The notes under the pieces were generated by a model. The model was given only the letters and a program-made list of their open reading frames with translations, was not told where the DNA came from and searched no databases. From NCBI GenBank assembly GCA_903856085.1, contig CAIOAT010000012.1, forward strand, positions 39,020 through 103,019: a DNA stretch of 64,000 nt, written 5' to 3'. The position numbers were made by a program, and so were the translations under genes. Shown piece by piece: positions 49,320 through 58,335 of this stretch. The stretch is from Candidatus Omnitrophota bacterium. Its GTDB lineage: Bacteria; Omnitrophota; Omnitrophia; Omnitrophales; Aquincolibacteriaceae. Positions within the stretch are counted from its first letter, which is position 1. Each line of letters opens with the position of its first letter.

Positions 49320-49901
49320 ATGAAAAACGGTGTTAAAAAAATCCTGATCCTATCCGGGAGCCCCAAGAAGAACGGCAATACGGCCGCGCTGGTGGAGTGG
49401 TTCACTGAAGGAGCTGTCTCCAAGGGCGCCCGGGTTGAGTTGATCCATACCGCTTTCCTTAAATACAAATTTCCGGGCTGCACGTCTTGCCGCTCTTGCC
49501 AGAAGCAAGTCCTTTACGAATGCGTGATCGAGGACGACGCGAATCCCGTTCTCAAAAAAATGGCCTCAGCGGACGTGATCGTAATGGCCACGCCCCTTTA
49601 TTTTTTCGCAGCCAGCGCGCAGCTCAAAGTTATTATTGACCGCATGTTTTCCCTTTACAAATGGGACAATGTTGCCGACACCATGAAGACGACGCTCAAA
49701 GGAAAGGCGCTGGTCCTGCTCGCAAGCGCTTATGAGAATGTCGGGATGGAAGCGCTTGAAAGGCCGTTCGCCTTGACGGCGGATTATACGGGAATGACAT
49801 TCGATTCCCTGCTCGTGCCGGACGCGGGTGAATCAGGAGAGATCCGGAAGAAAACCGCGGCGCGTGAAAAAGCCAGGGCGCTTGGAGAAAGGTGGGCATA
49901 A
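49320..49901 (+). CDS. NADPH-dependent FMN reductase / flavodoxin-like fold protein
   Basis: ILILSGSPKKNGNTAALVEW flavodoxin-like N-terminus. Confidence 0.65.
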   Translation: MKNGVKKILILSGSPKKNGNTAALVEWFTEGAVSKGARVELIHTAFLKYKFPGCTSCRSCQKQVLYECVIEDDANPVLKKMASADVIVMATPLYFFAASAQLKVIIDRMFSLYKWDNVADTMKTTLKGKALVLLASAYENVGMEALERPFALTADYTGMTFDSLLVPDAGESGEIRKKTAAREKARALGERWA

Positions 49902-49946
49902 ATTTCAGCGCTTCTTGAACAGCAACTTTGTCTATGAGGAGAGACC

Positions 49947-50732
49947 TTGAAGAAGTTGAATGGATTTTTGTTTATCGTCTTGTTCGTGACGCTGGGGATC
50001 GCTTTCTTCACCCGCAATAACCTCCGCAGCGTTCAGGAGATCGCCCCCGAAGTTTTGAAACAGCCTCTCCAGTCGCAACTGATCCGCTCCAAAATCATTC
50101 GTTTTACTCGCAATGATTATGCCTACGAACTAACCCCAGTCTATGCTTATGACATTAGCGGATTAATCACCAGTAAGCTTAACTATTCCATATTCACCAT
50201 TTATAAATCCGAAAAAATCTTTTCGGTGGATCTTTGCCTGATCTGGGGAAGTAACGCGGCGAGCCGGATCTTTAAGGATCAAGGCGTGAACTTTTCGCAG
50301 GATTGCCGTTTCTGCTGGGTCCACTGGTGCGGGAAAAAGGAATTCAACCTGCAAGAATTTTCCAACAACCATCTGCTGATCGTTGATCCTGCCCTGGAAA
50401 AAAAGATCAGGGGTTTTCATGAGGGGGATCAGGTGCGGATTTGGGGGAAACTGGTGAATGTGAAGGGCAAACTTTTTGGCAGAGGCGGAAGGTATGATCC
50501 TCCGGAGATCATCTGGAAAACCAGTGTAAGCCGGTCCGACAGTGGTGCCGGCGCGTGCGAAGTGATCTATGTTGAAGATGCTGAGGTTCTGAAAAGGGCG
50601 AACACTCTTTCCTGCGATCTGTTCATCTGGAGTGCTTACGGATTGTGTCTTTGGCTCTTGTTTAATTTTCTCAATTTTATCCGGGAAATCATTGAGATTT
50701 CAAAAGGTGAGACTACGGAAAGGAAGCTCTGA
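49947..50732 (+). CDS. hypothetical membrane protein (N- and C-terminal TM helices)
   Basis: ORF with hydrophobic termini. No family recognised. Confidence 0.45.
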   Translation: MKKLNGFLFIVLFVTLGIAFFTRNNLRSVQEIAPEVLKQPLQSQLIRSKIIRFTRNDYAYELTPVYAYDISGLITSKLNYSIFTIYKSEKIFSVDLCLIWGSNAASRIFKDQGVNFSQDCRFCWVHWCGKKEFNLQEFSNNHLLIVDPALEKKIRGFHEGDQVRIWGKLVNVKGKLFGRGGRYDPPEIIWKTSVSRSDSGAGACEVIYVEDAEVLKRANTLSCDLFIWSAYGLCLWLLFNFLNFIREIIEISKGETTERKL

Positions 50733-50880
50733 GCAGCGATGCCTCCTCTTTTTCTCACTTGGGGATGAATCCTGCTGCTTTGAAAGGATCTCCGGCGCGG
50801 ATTTTCCGTCCCTGGATTTAGATGCTTGGATGAAAAATCGCGCTTATGATATAGTATAAAAAATATTTAAAGGGAGATTC

Positions 50881-51096
50881 ATGAGCGACCTTGCAAAGAC
50901 CCTGATCTTTTTCGGTGTGATCCTGATCTGCATGGGGATTTTTGCGACTATTTTTTCAAAAGTACCGATGCTCGGGAAACTTCCGGGGGATATCTTTCTC
51001 CGAAAAGGCAGTTTCGCCCTTTATGTACCCCTTACCACGTGCATTCTGCTCAGTATGATCCTCACGCTCGCCTTCACGCTTTTCGGGAAAAAATAA
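50881..51096 (+). CDS. DUF2905-type small membrane protein
   Basis: GKLPGDIFLRKGSFALYVPLTTCILLS is characteristic of the family. Confidence 0.6.
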   Translation: MSDLAKTLIFFGVILICMGIFATIFSKVPMLGKLPGDIFLRKGSFALYVPLTTCILLSMILTLAFTLFGKK

Positions 51097-51097
51097 C

Positions 51098-51919
51098 ATG
51101 TTTGAACTTCTGACCTCATTCTGGCGGCCGGTGATCGAGATCCTCTTCATCTGGGTGTTGATCTATTTCGTGATCCGTTTTTTTCAGGGCACGCGTGCCA
51201 TGCAGGTCCTTTTGGGACTTGTCATTCTCGTGGTGATCTTCCTTGTGGCGAAATTCTTTGAGCTGAACAGTATCATCTGGGTTCTTTCCAAGGTCTTTGC
51301 CGTGGGAGTTGTGGCCTTCCTTGTTATTTTCCAGCCGGAGATGCGCCGCGTGCTGGCGCGGATCGGGACCACGATGTCGAGTGGATTTTTAAGCAAGGGA
51401 GGCACTATTGATGAGGTGATTCGCGCCTGCGACCACATGTCGCGGCACCGGACGGGCGCTTTGATCGCGCTTGAGCGGGACGTGGGCCTCAAGAATTATA
51501 TCGAAAGCGGCATGATGATCGACGCGAAAGTGAGCGCAGAGCTTTTGCTCAGCCTTTTTGACCCCCACACCCCCACCCATGATGGGGCGGCCATTATTAC
51601 AGGAGACCGCATTGCTTCCTGCGGGTCGCTTTTTCCTTTGACGCAGATGACCGATCTTCCCACGTCGGTGGGTACGCGTCATCGGGCCGCGATCGGTCTT
51701 ACGGAAGAAAATGACGCTGTCTGCATTGTGGTCTCCGAAGAGACGGGCAATATTTCGGTTTCGGTCTTCGGAAAGCTGACGAAGGCACTGGACCTCGAGG
51801 ATTTGAAACAAATTCTCGAAGGGCTTTTTAAGCCTGCGGAAAACAAGAATGTCTTTATCGATTTCATCGAAAAAAATAAAAAGCTTTTTCAATTCCACGG
51901 AAAGATCCCCCCGACATGA
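51098..51919 (+). CDS. cdaA: diadenylate cyclase CdaA (c-di-AMP synthase)
   Basis: Three N-terminal TM helices. DisA_N motifs TGALIALER...DGAAII...GTRHRAAIGLTE present. Confidence 0.85.
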   Translation: MFELLTSFWRPVIEILFIWVLIYFVIRFFQGTRAMQVLLGLVILVVIFLVAKFFELNSIIWVLSKVFAVGVVAFLVIFQPEMRRVLARIGTTMSSGFLSKGGTIDEVIRACDHMSRHRTGALIALERDVGLKNYIESGMMIDAKVSAELLLSLFDPHTPTHDGAAIITGDRIASCGSLFPLTQMTDLPTSVGTRHRAAIGLTEENDAVCIVVSEETGNISVSVFGKLTKALDLEDLKQILEGLFKPAENKNVFIDFIEKNKKLFQFHGKIPPT

Positions 51920-52854
51920 TGCAATGGATAAGCCGTAACTGGGGTCTGAAGGTCATTTCGCTCGTTCTTGCGATCGGGACGTGGTATTACGCCGTTGGCG
52001 AAGAAAATATCGAGGTGACGCGCGTGATCCCGCTCAAGATTCAGATGGCGAGTCCCCAGATGACGGTTTCTGAGATCTCTACGAAGGTCGTGCAAGTGAC
52101 GCTTTCGGCTCCGCGCACGTTGATTGTGAACCTTGCAAGTCAGGATATTCAGGCCGTGCACAAAATTGGTTCCGAGATCAAGACCGCGGGGGAATATTCA
52201 TTCCGCCTCGAGGCCTCCGAGATCCGCCTGCCGAACTTTCAGATACGTGTTGTGAAGATCGTGCCTGAGACCGTGACCGTCAAGCTGGATGAGCTGATCG
52301 TTCAGAAACTCGAGATCCAGCCGGATTTTGTGGGGGAGCCCGCGGTCGGTTACAAACTTCTCTCAGATGAATTGCGCCTGGACCCGAACGCCATCCTTAC
52401 ACAAGGTCCCAAAGGCGTGCTTGAAAAAATGAAGTCCGCGAAGACCGAACCAATCGATCTGGTCGGCCGTATCCGCTCTTTTTACCGTACCGTCGAGGTG
52501 AAGTTGCCGCCCGGCGTCAAGCCCATGAGCGAATCGCTCGTCAATGTTTATATCCCTATCCGGGAAGAATTCGGCGAAAAAGAGTTCAAGGATGTTCCGG
52601 TGCGCATCTTGAGATCTCCCTCAGCAAGCGGTGTGGTGGATCTTAATCCGGATAAGGTGACCCTCGTACTCAAGGGGTCCAAGCTTTATCTGGAAAAGCT
52701 TGCTCCCGAGACCCTATTGGCTTATGTGGATCTCGCGGATCTTAAAAAAGGGGATTATGATAGACCTCTTCAGATGGTGCTTCCCGAGAACGTGAGCTTG
52801 AAAGATAAAGAGCCGATCAAGATCAAAGTAGCGATCCGGTCTCTTACCAAATGA
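51916..52854 (+). CDS. cdaR: CdaR (YbbR-domain) regulator of CdaA
   Basis: Overlaps cdaA. N-terminal TM helix followed by repeated YbbR-like beta domains. Confidence 0.7.
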   Translation: MMQWISRNWGLKVISLVLAIGTWYYAVGEENIEVTRVIPLKIQMASPQMTVSEISTKVVQVTLSAPRTLIVNLASQDIQAVHKIGSEIKTAGEYSFRLEASEIRLPNFQIRVVKIVPETVTVKLDELIVQKLEIQPDFVGEPAVGYKLLSDELRLDPNAILTQGPKGVLEKMKSAKTEPIDLVGRIRSFYRTVEVKLPPGVKPMSESLVNVYIPIREEFGEKEFKDVPVRILRSPSASGVVDLNPDKVTLVLKGSKLYLEKLAPETLLAYVDLADLKKGDYDRPLQMVLPENVSLKDKEPIKIKVAIRSLTK

Positions 52855-52861
52855 TCTCTTT

Positions 52862-53620
52862 ATGATCGCCCGCACGATTTCAAAAAAACTCGGCGTCAAT
52901 ATCGATCATGTTGCGACCTTGCGTCAGGCACGTCTCGGGGAAGAACCTTCCGTTCTGGAGGCTGCGCTCGAAGCTGAACAGGGCGGGGCGGATAGTATTA
53001 CAGTCCATCTGCGCGAGGATCGCCGCCATATTCAGGACGCGGACGTTTTCGAACTTATGGAAAAGATCTATGTTCCTCTCAATCTCGAGATGTCCGTCTC
53101 GCCCGAGATCCTCAAACTCGCGCTCAAGGTCCGTCCCCCAAAGGCATGCCTGGTTCCGGAAAAACGGAAAGAATTGACGACCGAAGGAGGGCTAGACCTT
53201 TTTTCAAGAAAATCCCCCTTGATCAGGACGCTCGATGCTCTTTTGGCAAAAAAAGTCGAGGTCAGTCTTTTTATCGATCCTGTGGAAGCTCAAGTGCGGG
53301 AAGCCGCAAGGCTGGGAACCTATGCGATCGAGATTCATACCGGGTCTTACGCGAATGCCATGGGCAAGAAAAAAGAAAGAGAGTTTTTTCGCGTTCGTGA
53401 GGCGGCGCGGTTGGGCCAGGAACTCGGGCTCCATGTTCATGCCGGCCACGGCCTCAATTATGAAAATATTTTTCCGTTGCTTGCGGTCCCGGAGATTCTC
53501 GAATTCAACATTGGTCACTCCATCGTCAGCCGAGCCGTGTTCGTGGGGCTTGCAAAAGCTGTTCAGGAAATGAAGAAGATTATCCAGGCTGAAGGCATCG
53601 GACCGAAGAATTCAGGCTAA
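52862..53620 (+). CDS. pdxJ: pyridoxine 5'-phosphate synthase
   Basis: LGVNIDHVATLRQARLGEEPSV...ITVHLREDRRHI matches PdxJ. Confidence 0.85.
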   Translation: MIARTISKKLGVNIDHVATLRQARLGEEPSVLEAALEAEQGGADSITVHLREDRRHIQDADVFELMEKIYVPLNLEMSVSPEILKLALKVRPPKACLVPEKRKELTTEGGLDLFSRKSPLIRTLDALLAKKVEVSLFIDPVEAQVREAARLGTYAIEIHTGSYANAMGKKKEREFFRVREAARLGQELGLHVHAGHGLNYENIFPLLAVPEILEFNIGHSIVSRAVFVGLAKAVQEMKKIIQAEGIGPKNSG

Positions 53621-53672
53621 ATCAAAAAAGTTTTGACTTTCGTCCGTGGTCTGCAGACTGTAGACTGCTTTT

Positions 53673-54536
53673 ATGAATATCCAATCCGTCGCTAAAAAAT
53701 TAAAGCGTTCTCCAACGGCTCATAAGGGTAATTTCGGTCGCATCTTCATCCTTGCGGGTTCCCGCGGCATGACGGGCGCGGCGCATCTGGCGGGCATGGC
53801 GGCCTTAAGGTCCGGGGCCGGACTTGTGACGATCGGCATTCCAGATGCTGTTTATCTCGTTATCGCCAGGCGCGAGTCTGAACTTATGATCCGGCCTCTT
53901 CCCTCGACAAAAAAGGGAACGCTCTCGCTGAAAGGTTTCCCCGAGATCCAGCGATTTTGCGCTACTCAGAATGTACTCGCGATTGGCCCCGGACTTTCCC
54001 AACATAGCACGACCCAAAAACTTATCCGAAAGGTTCTCCAAACGACGGAACTTCCGCTGGTGATTGATGCGGACGGGCTGAATGCGCTGAAAGGACATCT
54101 CAAGGTTTTGGACGCTTGCCGCGGGCGAGCGGTCCTCACGCCGCATCCGGGGGAATTTGTGCGCGTTTTCGGCGGTAAACTTGATGATTCAAATGTGTTG
54201 AGAAAAAAACGGGCTTTGGATGCTGCGCAAAAGCATGGCGCAGTCATCGTTCTGAAAGGACACCGGACGGTCATTGCTGCGCCCTCGGGTGATTGTCATA
54301 TCAACACGACCGGTAATCCCGGTATGGCGACCGCGGGTTCTGGAGATGTGCTGACCGGAATGATCGCGGCGCTGATGGGGCAAGGACTGACGCATTTTGA
54401 AGCGGCATGTCTGGGAGGCCATGTTCATGGATTAGCCGGGGATATGGCCGCCGAAAAAGTGGGTCAGATCAGCCTCACGGCTGGGGACATCCTTCGTTTC
54501 CTTCCCGATGCCTTCAAAACAGTTATTCCTGTTTGA
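53673..54536 (+). CDS. nnrD: ADP-dependent NAD(P)H-hydrate dehydratase (YjeF C-terminal domain)
   Basis: Motifs HKGNFGRIFILAGSRGMTGAAHL and GSGDVLTG present. Confidence 0.8.
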   Translation: MNIQSVAKKLKRSPTAHKGNFGRIFILAGSRGMTGAAHLAGMAALRSGAGLVTIGIPDAVYLVIARRESELMIRPLPSTKKGTLSLKGFPEIQRFCATQNVLAIGPGLSQHSTTQKLIRKVLQTTELPLVIDADGLNALKGHLKVLDACRGRAVLTPHPGEFVRVFGGKLDDSNVLRKKRALDAAQKHGAVIVLKGHRTVIAAPSGDCHINTTGNPGMATAGSGDVLTGMIAALMGQGLTHFEAACLGGHVHGLAGDMAAEKVGQISLTAGDILRFLPDAFKTVIPV

Positions 54537-54545
54537 CCTTTTCAA

Positions 54546-55481
54546 ATGAATTCTTTGGATGCTTATAAAAACTGCACTCTGTGCCCTCGCGATTGCCGGG
54601 TGGATCGCACGAAAGGAGTGTTGGGATTTTGCGGGGAGAGCTCGGCCTGCCGAGTTTCTTTTCTAGGACCGCATTTCGGCGAAGAGCCCTCGTTTACAGG
54701 ATCCCAAGGTTCCGGGACTATCTTCTTTAGCGGCTGTTCCAGTCAGTGTTTTTTCTGCCAGAATTATCAGATCTCGATCCAACATGAAGGCCGCACGATC
54801 ACGCCTGCGGAGCTTCTTTCTGAAGTTCATGTGCTCCTTGCCAAGGGGGTACACAATCTCAATTTCGTGACGCCGGACCATTTCTGGCCGCATATTCAGG
54901 GGCTCTGTCGCACTTTAAAAGAAGAGGGCGTTAGTGTTCCCTTGCTTTTTAATTGCTCCGGATATCAAAAGCAGCAAATGATTGGGGCATACGCGGAGGT
55001 GATCGATATTTTTCTTCCGGACTTTAAATTCGCGGAGTCTGAACTTGCGAAGACAAGTATGGGGGATGCGCGATACCCTGAGATTGCGCTTCAAGCCTTG
55101 CGCGAAATGGTGCGGCTCAAGGGATTTCTCGAGCCCTGGGATGTTACCGGCGAACAGACCGCCCGGCGCGGGGTGCTCGTTCGTCATCTGGTTCTTCCAG
55201 GACATATCGAGAATAGCCTGAAAGCTCTGAGGCTTCTTCACCGGGAGTTCGGTCCTGGCCTTCCGCTTTCGGTCATGGGTCAATTCCGGCCGGTGCCCGC
55301 ATGCGCGAAGAGTCAAAAACTCGAACGAAGTCTTCAGACTGAGGAATATAATCGAGTTCTGGAGCTCGTGGAGACACTTGGTTTTGAGAAGGTCTATACG
55401 CAGGAGCTTAAAGAAGAAACGACCTTCTTACCCGATTTTCAAGATCCCGATGATCCCTTCCCGGGGAATCGGAAAAAGTAG
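54546..55481 (+). CDS. radical SAM protein (PflA-/AmmeMemoRadiSam-like)
   Basis: CX3CX2C motif CSSQCFFC. An additional N-terminal pair CPRDC. Confidence 0.65.
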   Translation: MNSLDAYKNCTLCPRDCRVDRTKGVLGFCGESSACRVSFLGPHFGEEPSFTGSQGSGTIFFSGCSSQCFFCQNYQISIQHEGRTITPAELLSEVHVLLAKGVHNLNFVTPDHFWPHIQGLCRTLKEEGVSVPLLFNCSGYQKQQMIGAYAEVIDIFLPDFKFAESELAKTSMGDARYPEIALQALREMVRLKGFLEPWDVTGEQTARRGVLVRHLVLPGHIENSLKALRLLHREFGPGLPLSVMGQFRPVPACAKSQKLERSLQTEEYNRVLELVETLGFEKVYTQELKEETTFLPDFQDPDDPFPGNRKK

Positions 55482-55531
55482 CTTGCCCTGCGGTTCGGCT
55501 ATATAATTGTGGCGTTAATCCCAGAGGGAAA

Positions 55532-55590
55532 CCATGGCGTCCGGGTCTTTAATTTTTTTCTAAAGGGCGACTTGGGCTGTCATGATTTCC
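55532..55590 (+). promoter_or_regulatory. conserved leader element family 2, copy c
   Basis: A -10 TATAAT lies at 55502-55507. The hairpin CCATGGCGTCCGGGTC / GACTTGGGCTGTCATG (G-U wobbles) surrounds a 21-nt U-rich loop, then GATTTCC. 27 nt before the ATG at 55617. Confidence 0.55.
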
Positions 55591-55616
55591 TGTAAGCTTA
55601 TTCGTGAAGGAAAATC

Positions 55617-56288
55617 ATGTCGAAACAAGTCACGTTATCTCCATCGGCGCTGAGCCTTTTTAAGAATTGCCCCCGGTGTTTTTGGCTGGAGAAGGTCAAA
55701 AATATCAAGCGGCCTCGTGGTATTTTCCCGTCGCTTCCCGGCGGGATGGATCGCGTGATCAAGACCTATTTTGATACCTTTCGCATCAAGGGGCTGCTTC
55801 CTCCAGAACTTCGCATTGACGCATTCAAGGGTATCCGTCTTTATGACGATCAGGTCCAGCTAGAGCGTTGGCGCGCCTGGCGCACGGGGCTTCAGTATCA
55901 AAAAGACGATGAAGTTCTTTCCGGGATGCTCGATGATTTACTCGTCAAGGATGGCGCTTATATTCCATTCGACTACAAGACCAAAGGGTCTCCCACGAAT
56001 GAGGAGGATGCGACCAAGTATTATCAGACCCAATTGGACTGTTATGCGCTGATGCTGGAGGGAAATGGTCTAAAAACGGCCGGATACGGTTTTCTTCTCT
56101 ATTATACGCCCAAAGAAGTCGGGGAAAACGGTCAAGTGAGTTTTGAGATCCAACCGATCAAAATCGGAACGGACACGGAGCGCGCGAAGGCTTTGGTCCA
56201 TCAGGCGCTTTCCATCCTGACGGGCCCGGCGCCAAAATCTGCGCACGATTGTGAATATTGCGAATGGCTTGAAAAGTTCAGAAAATAA
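55617..56288 (+). CDS. PD-(D/E)XK nuclease-superfamily protein with Cas4-like Fe-S cysteines
   Basis: N-terminal CPRC and C-terminal CEYCEW. A D...E.K-like core between them. Confidence 0.6.
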   Translation: MSKQVTLSPSALSLFKNCPRCFWLEKVKNIKRPRGIFPSLPGGMDRVIKTYFDTFRIKGLLPPELRIDAFKGIRLYDDQVQLERWRAWRTGLQYQKDDEVLSGMLDDLLVKDGAYIPFDYKTKGSPTNEEDATKYYQTQLDCYALMLEGNGLKTAGYGFLLYYTPKEVGENGQVSFEIQPIKIGTDTERAKALVHQALSILTGPAPKSAHDCEYCEWLEKFRK

Positions 56289-56294
56289 GGAGGA

Positions 56295-56585
56295 TTGTTG
56301 ATGACACCCCAAGCCGCGTTGAAAGTCCTGGTGGAAAAGCCCACGAACGATAAACTAAATACGCTTAAGGTTTTTTCCTGGCCCATCTGGACGAAAGAGG
56401 TCTCGAGCTTTGATTGGGATTACGATGAAAAAGAGATCTGCTATTTTCTGGAGGGAGAGGCGACGGTCAAAACTCCCGACGGAGAGATCGCTTTCGGTCA
56501 AGGGGATCTGGTGACATTTCCCCAAGGATTGAAATGCGTTTGGAATATCAAGAAGGCCGTCAGGAAACATTATAAATTCGGATAA
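56295..56585 (+). CDS. cupin-fold protein (DUF861-like)
   Basis: 96 aa. A beta-rich EGEATVKTPDGE...GDLVTFPQG cupin motif. Confidence 0.55.
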   Translation: MLMTPQAALKVLVEKPTNDKLNTLKVFSWPIWTKEVSSFDWDYDEKEICYFLEGEATVKTPDGEIAFGQGDLVTFPQGLKCVWNIKKAVRKHYKFG

Positions 56586-56587
56586 GC

Positions 56588-56639
56588 AGGATTGCTCTAA
56601 TTTCAGATTCTCTAAAATTGATAAGAATGAGGACTAACG
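56588..56639 (+). promoter_or_regulatory. conserved 5'-leader element family 1, copy 4
   Basis: GGATTGCTC, then hairpin TAATTTCAGA-TTC-TCTAAAATTG (one mismatch, one G-U), then ATAAGAATGAGGACTAAC. 11 nt before the ATG at 56650. Confidence 0.55.
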
Positions 56640-56649
56640 AAAGGTATTT

Positions 56650-57075
56650 ATGACATCTCCCACGCCCAAAACCAACGCCATGCTGATTTGTGATTATGTA
56701 ATCACCGAGCGAGGCACGAATAAGAAAAGTTTGATAGGGGTCTTCGAGAATATCGGCGCCGCAACATTTCCGTGCACGCATTTTGCACTGTCAGTTTACA
56801 TCAAGCTGACGGATGCGCAGGGAGGGTATCACTTCCGCCTTGAGCTCGTGGATCTTCAAAGTGACGTTATGATCGGTAAAAGCGAAATGCCCGAGGAGGT
56901 GCGCGTCCCCAGCCCTCTCGATGCGCATGAGTTAGTGTTCAATCTTCGAGGGGTCCGTTTCATGCATGCGGGCAATTATGATTTCCGGATCTTTGCCAAT
57001 GACAGGATCTTCGGGCAGAAGAAGCTCGTGGTGGAGCAGATCGATCCGAACGCACAGAATCCAGGACCCACATAA
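56650..57075 (+). CDS. hypothetical protein (141 aa)
   Basis: ORF preceded by AAAGG. No family recognised. Confidence 0.45.
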   Translation: MTSPTPKTNAMLICDYVITERGTNKKSLIGVFENIGAATFPCTHFALSVYIKLTDAQGGYHFRLELVDLQSDVMIGKSEMPEEVRVPSPLDAHELVFNLRGVRFMHAGNYDFRIFANDRIFGQKKLVVEQIDPNAQNPGPT

Positions 57076-57088
57076 GCAAGGAGATCTT

Positions 57089-57643
57089 ATGCTCAAAACA
57101 GCGCTGGTGATATTAGCGGAAGGATTTGAAGAGATCGAGGCGATTGCGCCGGTCGATGTCCTCAGGCGCGCCGGTGTGCGTGTCGCGCTCGCCGGGCTTA
57201 CGGAGCGGCGGGTGAAAAGCTCCCGAAACATCGAGGTTCAGGTGGATATCCTTCTCGCGGATCTTGTGGAAATACCGGATGCGGTGATCCTCCCTGGAGG
57301 GATCCCAGGAGCCACGAACCTTGCCAAGTCCGAGGAGGTTTCAAAGCTTGTCAAAAAGATGAACACGGAGGGGAAGATCGTGGCTGCGATCTGCGCAGCT
57401 CCCGCGGCTGTGTTGGCGCCGCTCGGCATCCTTGACGGTAAAAAGGCGACCTGTTATCCCGGTTGCGAATCGGATTTTAGTAACAAGATTTCTTATTCCA
57501 AGAAGCGGGTGGTCGTGGATGGGAATATTATTACGAGTCAAGGCCCCGGCACGGCTTTGGAGTTTTCACTCGAGATCGCTACGCAGCTTGTTGGAAAAGA
57601 AATGGCTGAAAACGTACGCGGCAAAATGCTGATCCCGTCTTGA
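57089..57643 (+). CDS. DJ-1/PfpI (ThiJ) family protein
   Basis: RBS AAGGAG precedes the ATG. Nucleophile-elbow motif AAICAAP. Confidence 0.8.
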   Translation: MLKTALVILAEGFEEIEAIAPVDVLRRAGVRVALAGLTERRVKSSRNIEVQVDILLADLVEIPDAVILPGGIPGATNLAKSEEVSKLVKKMNTEGKIVAAICAAPAAVLAPLGILDGKKATCYPGCESDFSNKISYSKKRVVVDGNIITSQGPGTALEFSLEIATQLVGKEMAENVRGKMLIPS

Positions 57644-57649
57644 GGCGCC

Positions 57650-58165
57650 ATGGCTTTTGTTGAGATTGAACAGAAATACCGCTTAAAGGATCCTGCGAAA
57701 ACCCGTGCTCTTCTCAAAAAGATAGGCGCCAGGAAGATCGCAAGCGGTGTGGAACTAAACGAGTTCTACGACAAGGGCGATTTTCTTAAAAAACAAAAAG
57801 TGGCGCTTAGATTTAGACGTTTTGGCAAGCAACCCGCCACGCTGACTTTGAAAGGCCCAAGGATCCGGTCCCGGTTTACCAAGCGTATGGAGATCGAAAC
57901 GCCTATGGATCCCGCGACCGCGAAGGCGTTCCTGAAGTTCCTGGGGTGCCGGGTTTGCAGAAGATATTCCAAGAGGCGAGAGCTTTTCAAGCTCGGCGAG
58001 GCGTTCGTGACCCTGGACTTTTTGAAGAAATTCGGATGGTTTCTTGAGATCGAAGCCCAGCCTCAGTCGATCAGAAACATCGAGAGGAAATTAGGACTTA
58101 CCCGAGCGGACCGGGAAGAGAGATCTTATTTGCAGATGTTGTTTCACCGTCTCGATTCTCATTAA
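57650..58165 (+). CDS. CYTH-domain (triphosphate tunnel metalloenzyme) protein
   Basis: N-terminal EIEQKYRL (the ExExK motif). Confidence 0.65.
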   Translation: MAFVEIEQKYRLKDPAKTRALLKKIGARKIASGVELNEFYDKGDFLKKQKVALRFRRFGKQPATLTLKGPRIRSRFTKRMEIETPMDPATAKAFLKFLGCRVCRRYSKRRELFKLGEAFVTLDFLKKFGWFLEIEAQPQSIRNIERKLGLTRADREERSYLQMLFHRLDSH

Positions 58166-58262
58166 TTAAGAATCAACGGGTTGCCCGTGCAGTCGTGGTT
58201 TCTTTAAATTCTTACAGAGAATAACCACAGCTGGAAACGTTAAGCGCTGTTCTCAATTTTAT

Positions 58263-58321
58263 TTTAGGGGTTAACAGTACTCTGCCGCATCCCCTTAAAT
58301 TTAAATGTCATGCGGTATTAG
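58263..58321 (+). repeat. conserved ~60-nt intergenic element family 3, copy 2
   Basis: TTTTAGGGGTTAACAGTACTCTGCCGCATCCCCTTAAATTTAAATGTCATGCGGTATTAG. Perfect inverted arms CCGCAT/ATGCGG around the palindromic core TTAAATTTAA. Ends 15 nt before the efp ATG. Confidence 0.55.
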
Positions 58322-58335
58322 AAAGGAAAATCACT

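Noticed and set aside
55617-56288. Cas4-like nuclease as evidence of a CRISPR-Cas locus
   Set aside because: There is no repeat-spacer array, no cas1/cas2 and no other cas gene in the window. PD-(D/E)XK / Cas4-like Fe-S nucleases also occur as stand-alone repair or defence proteins.
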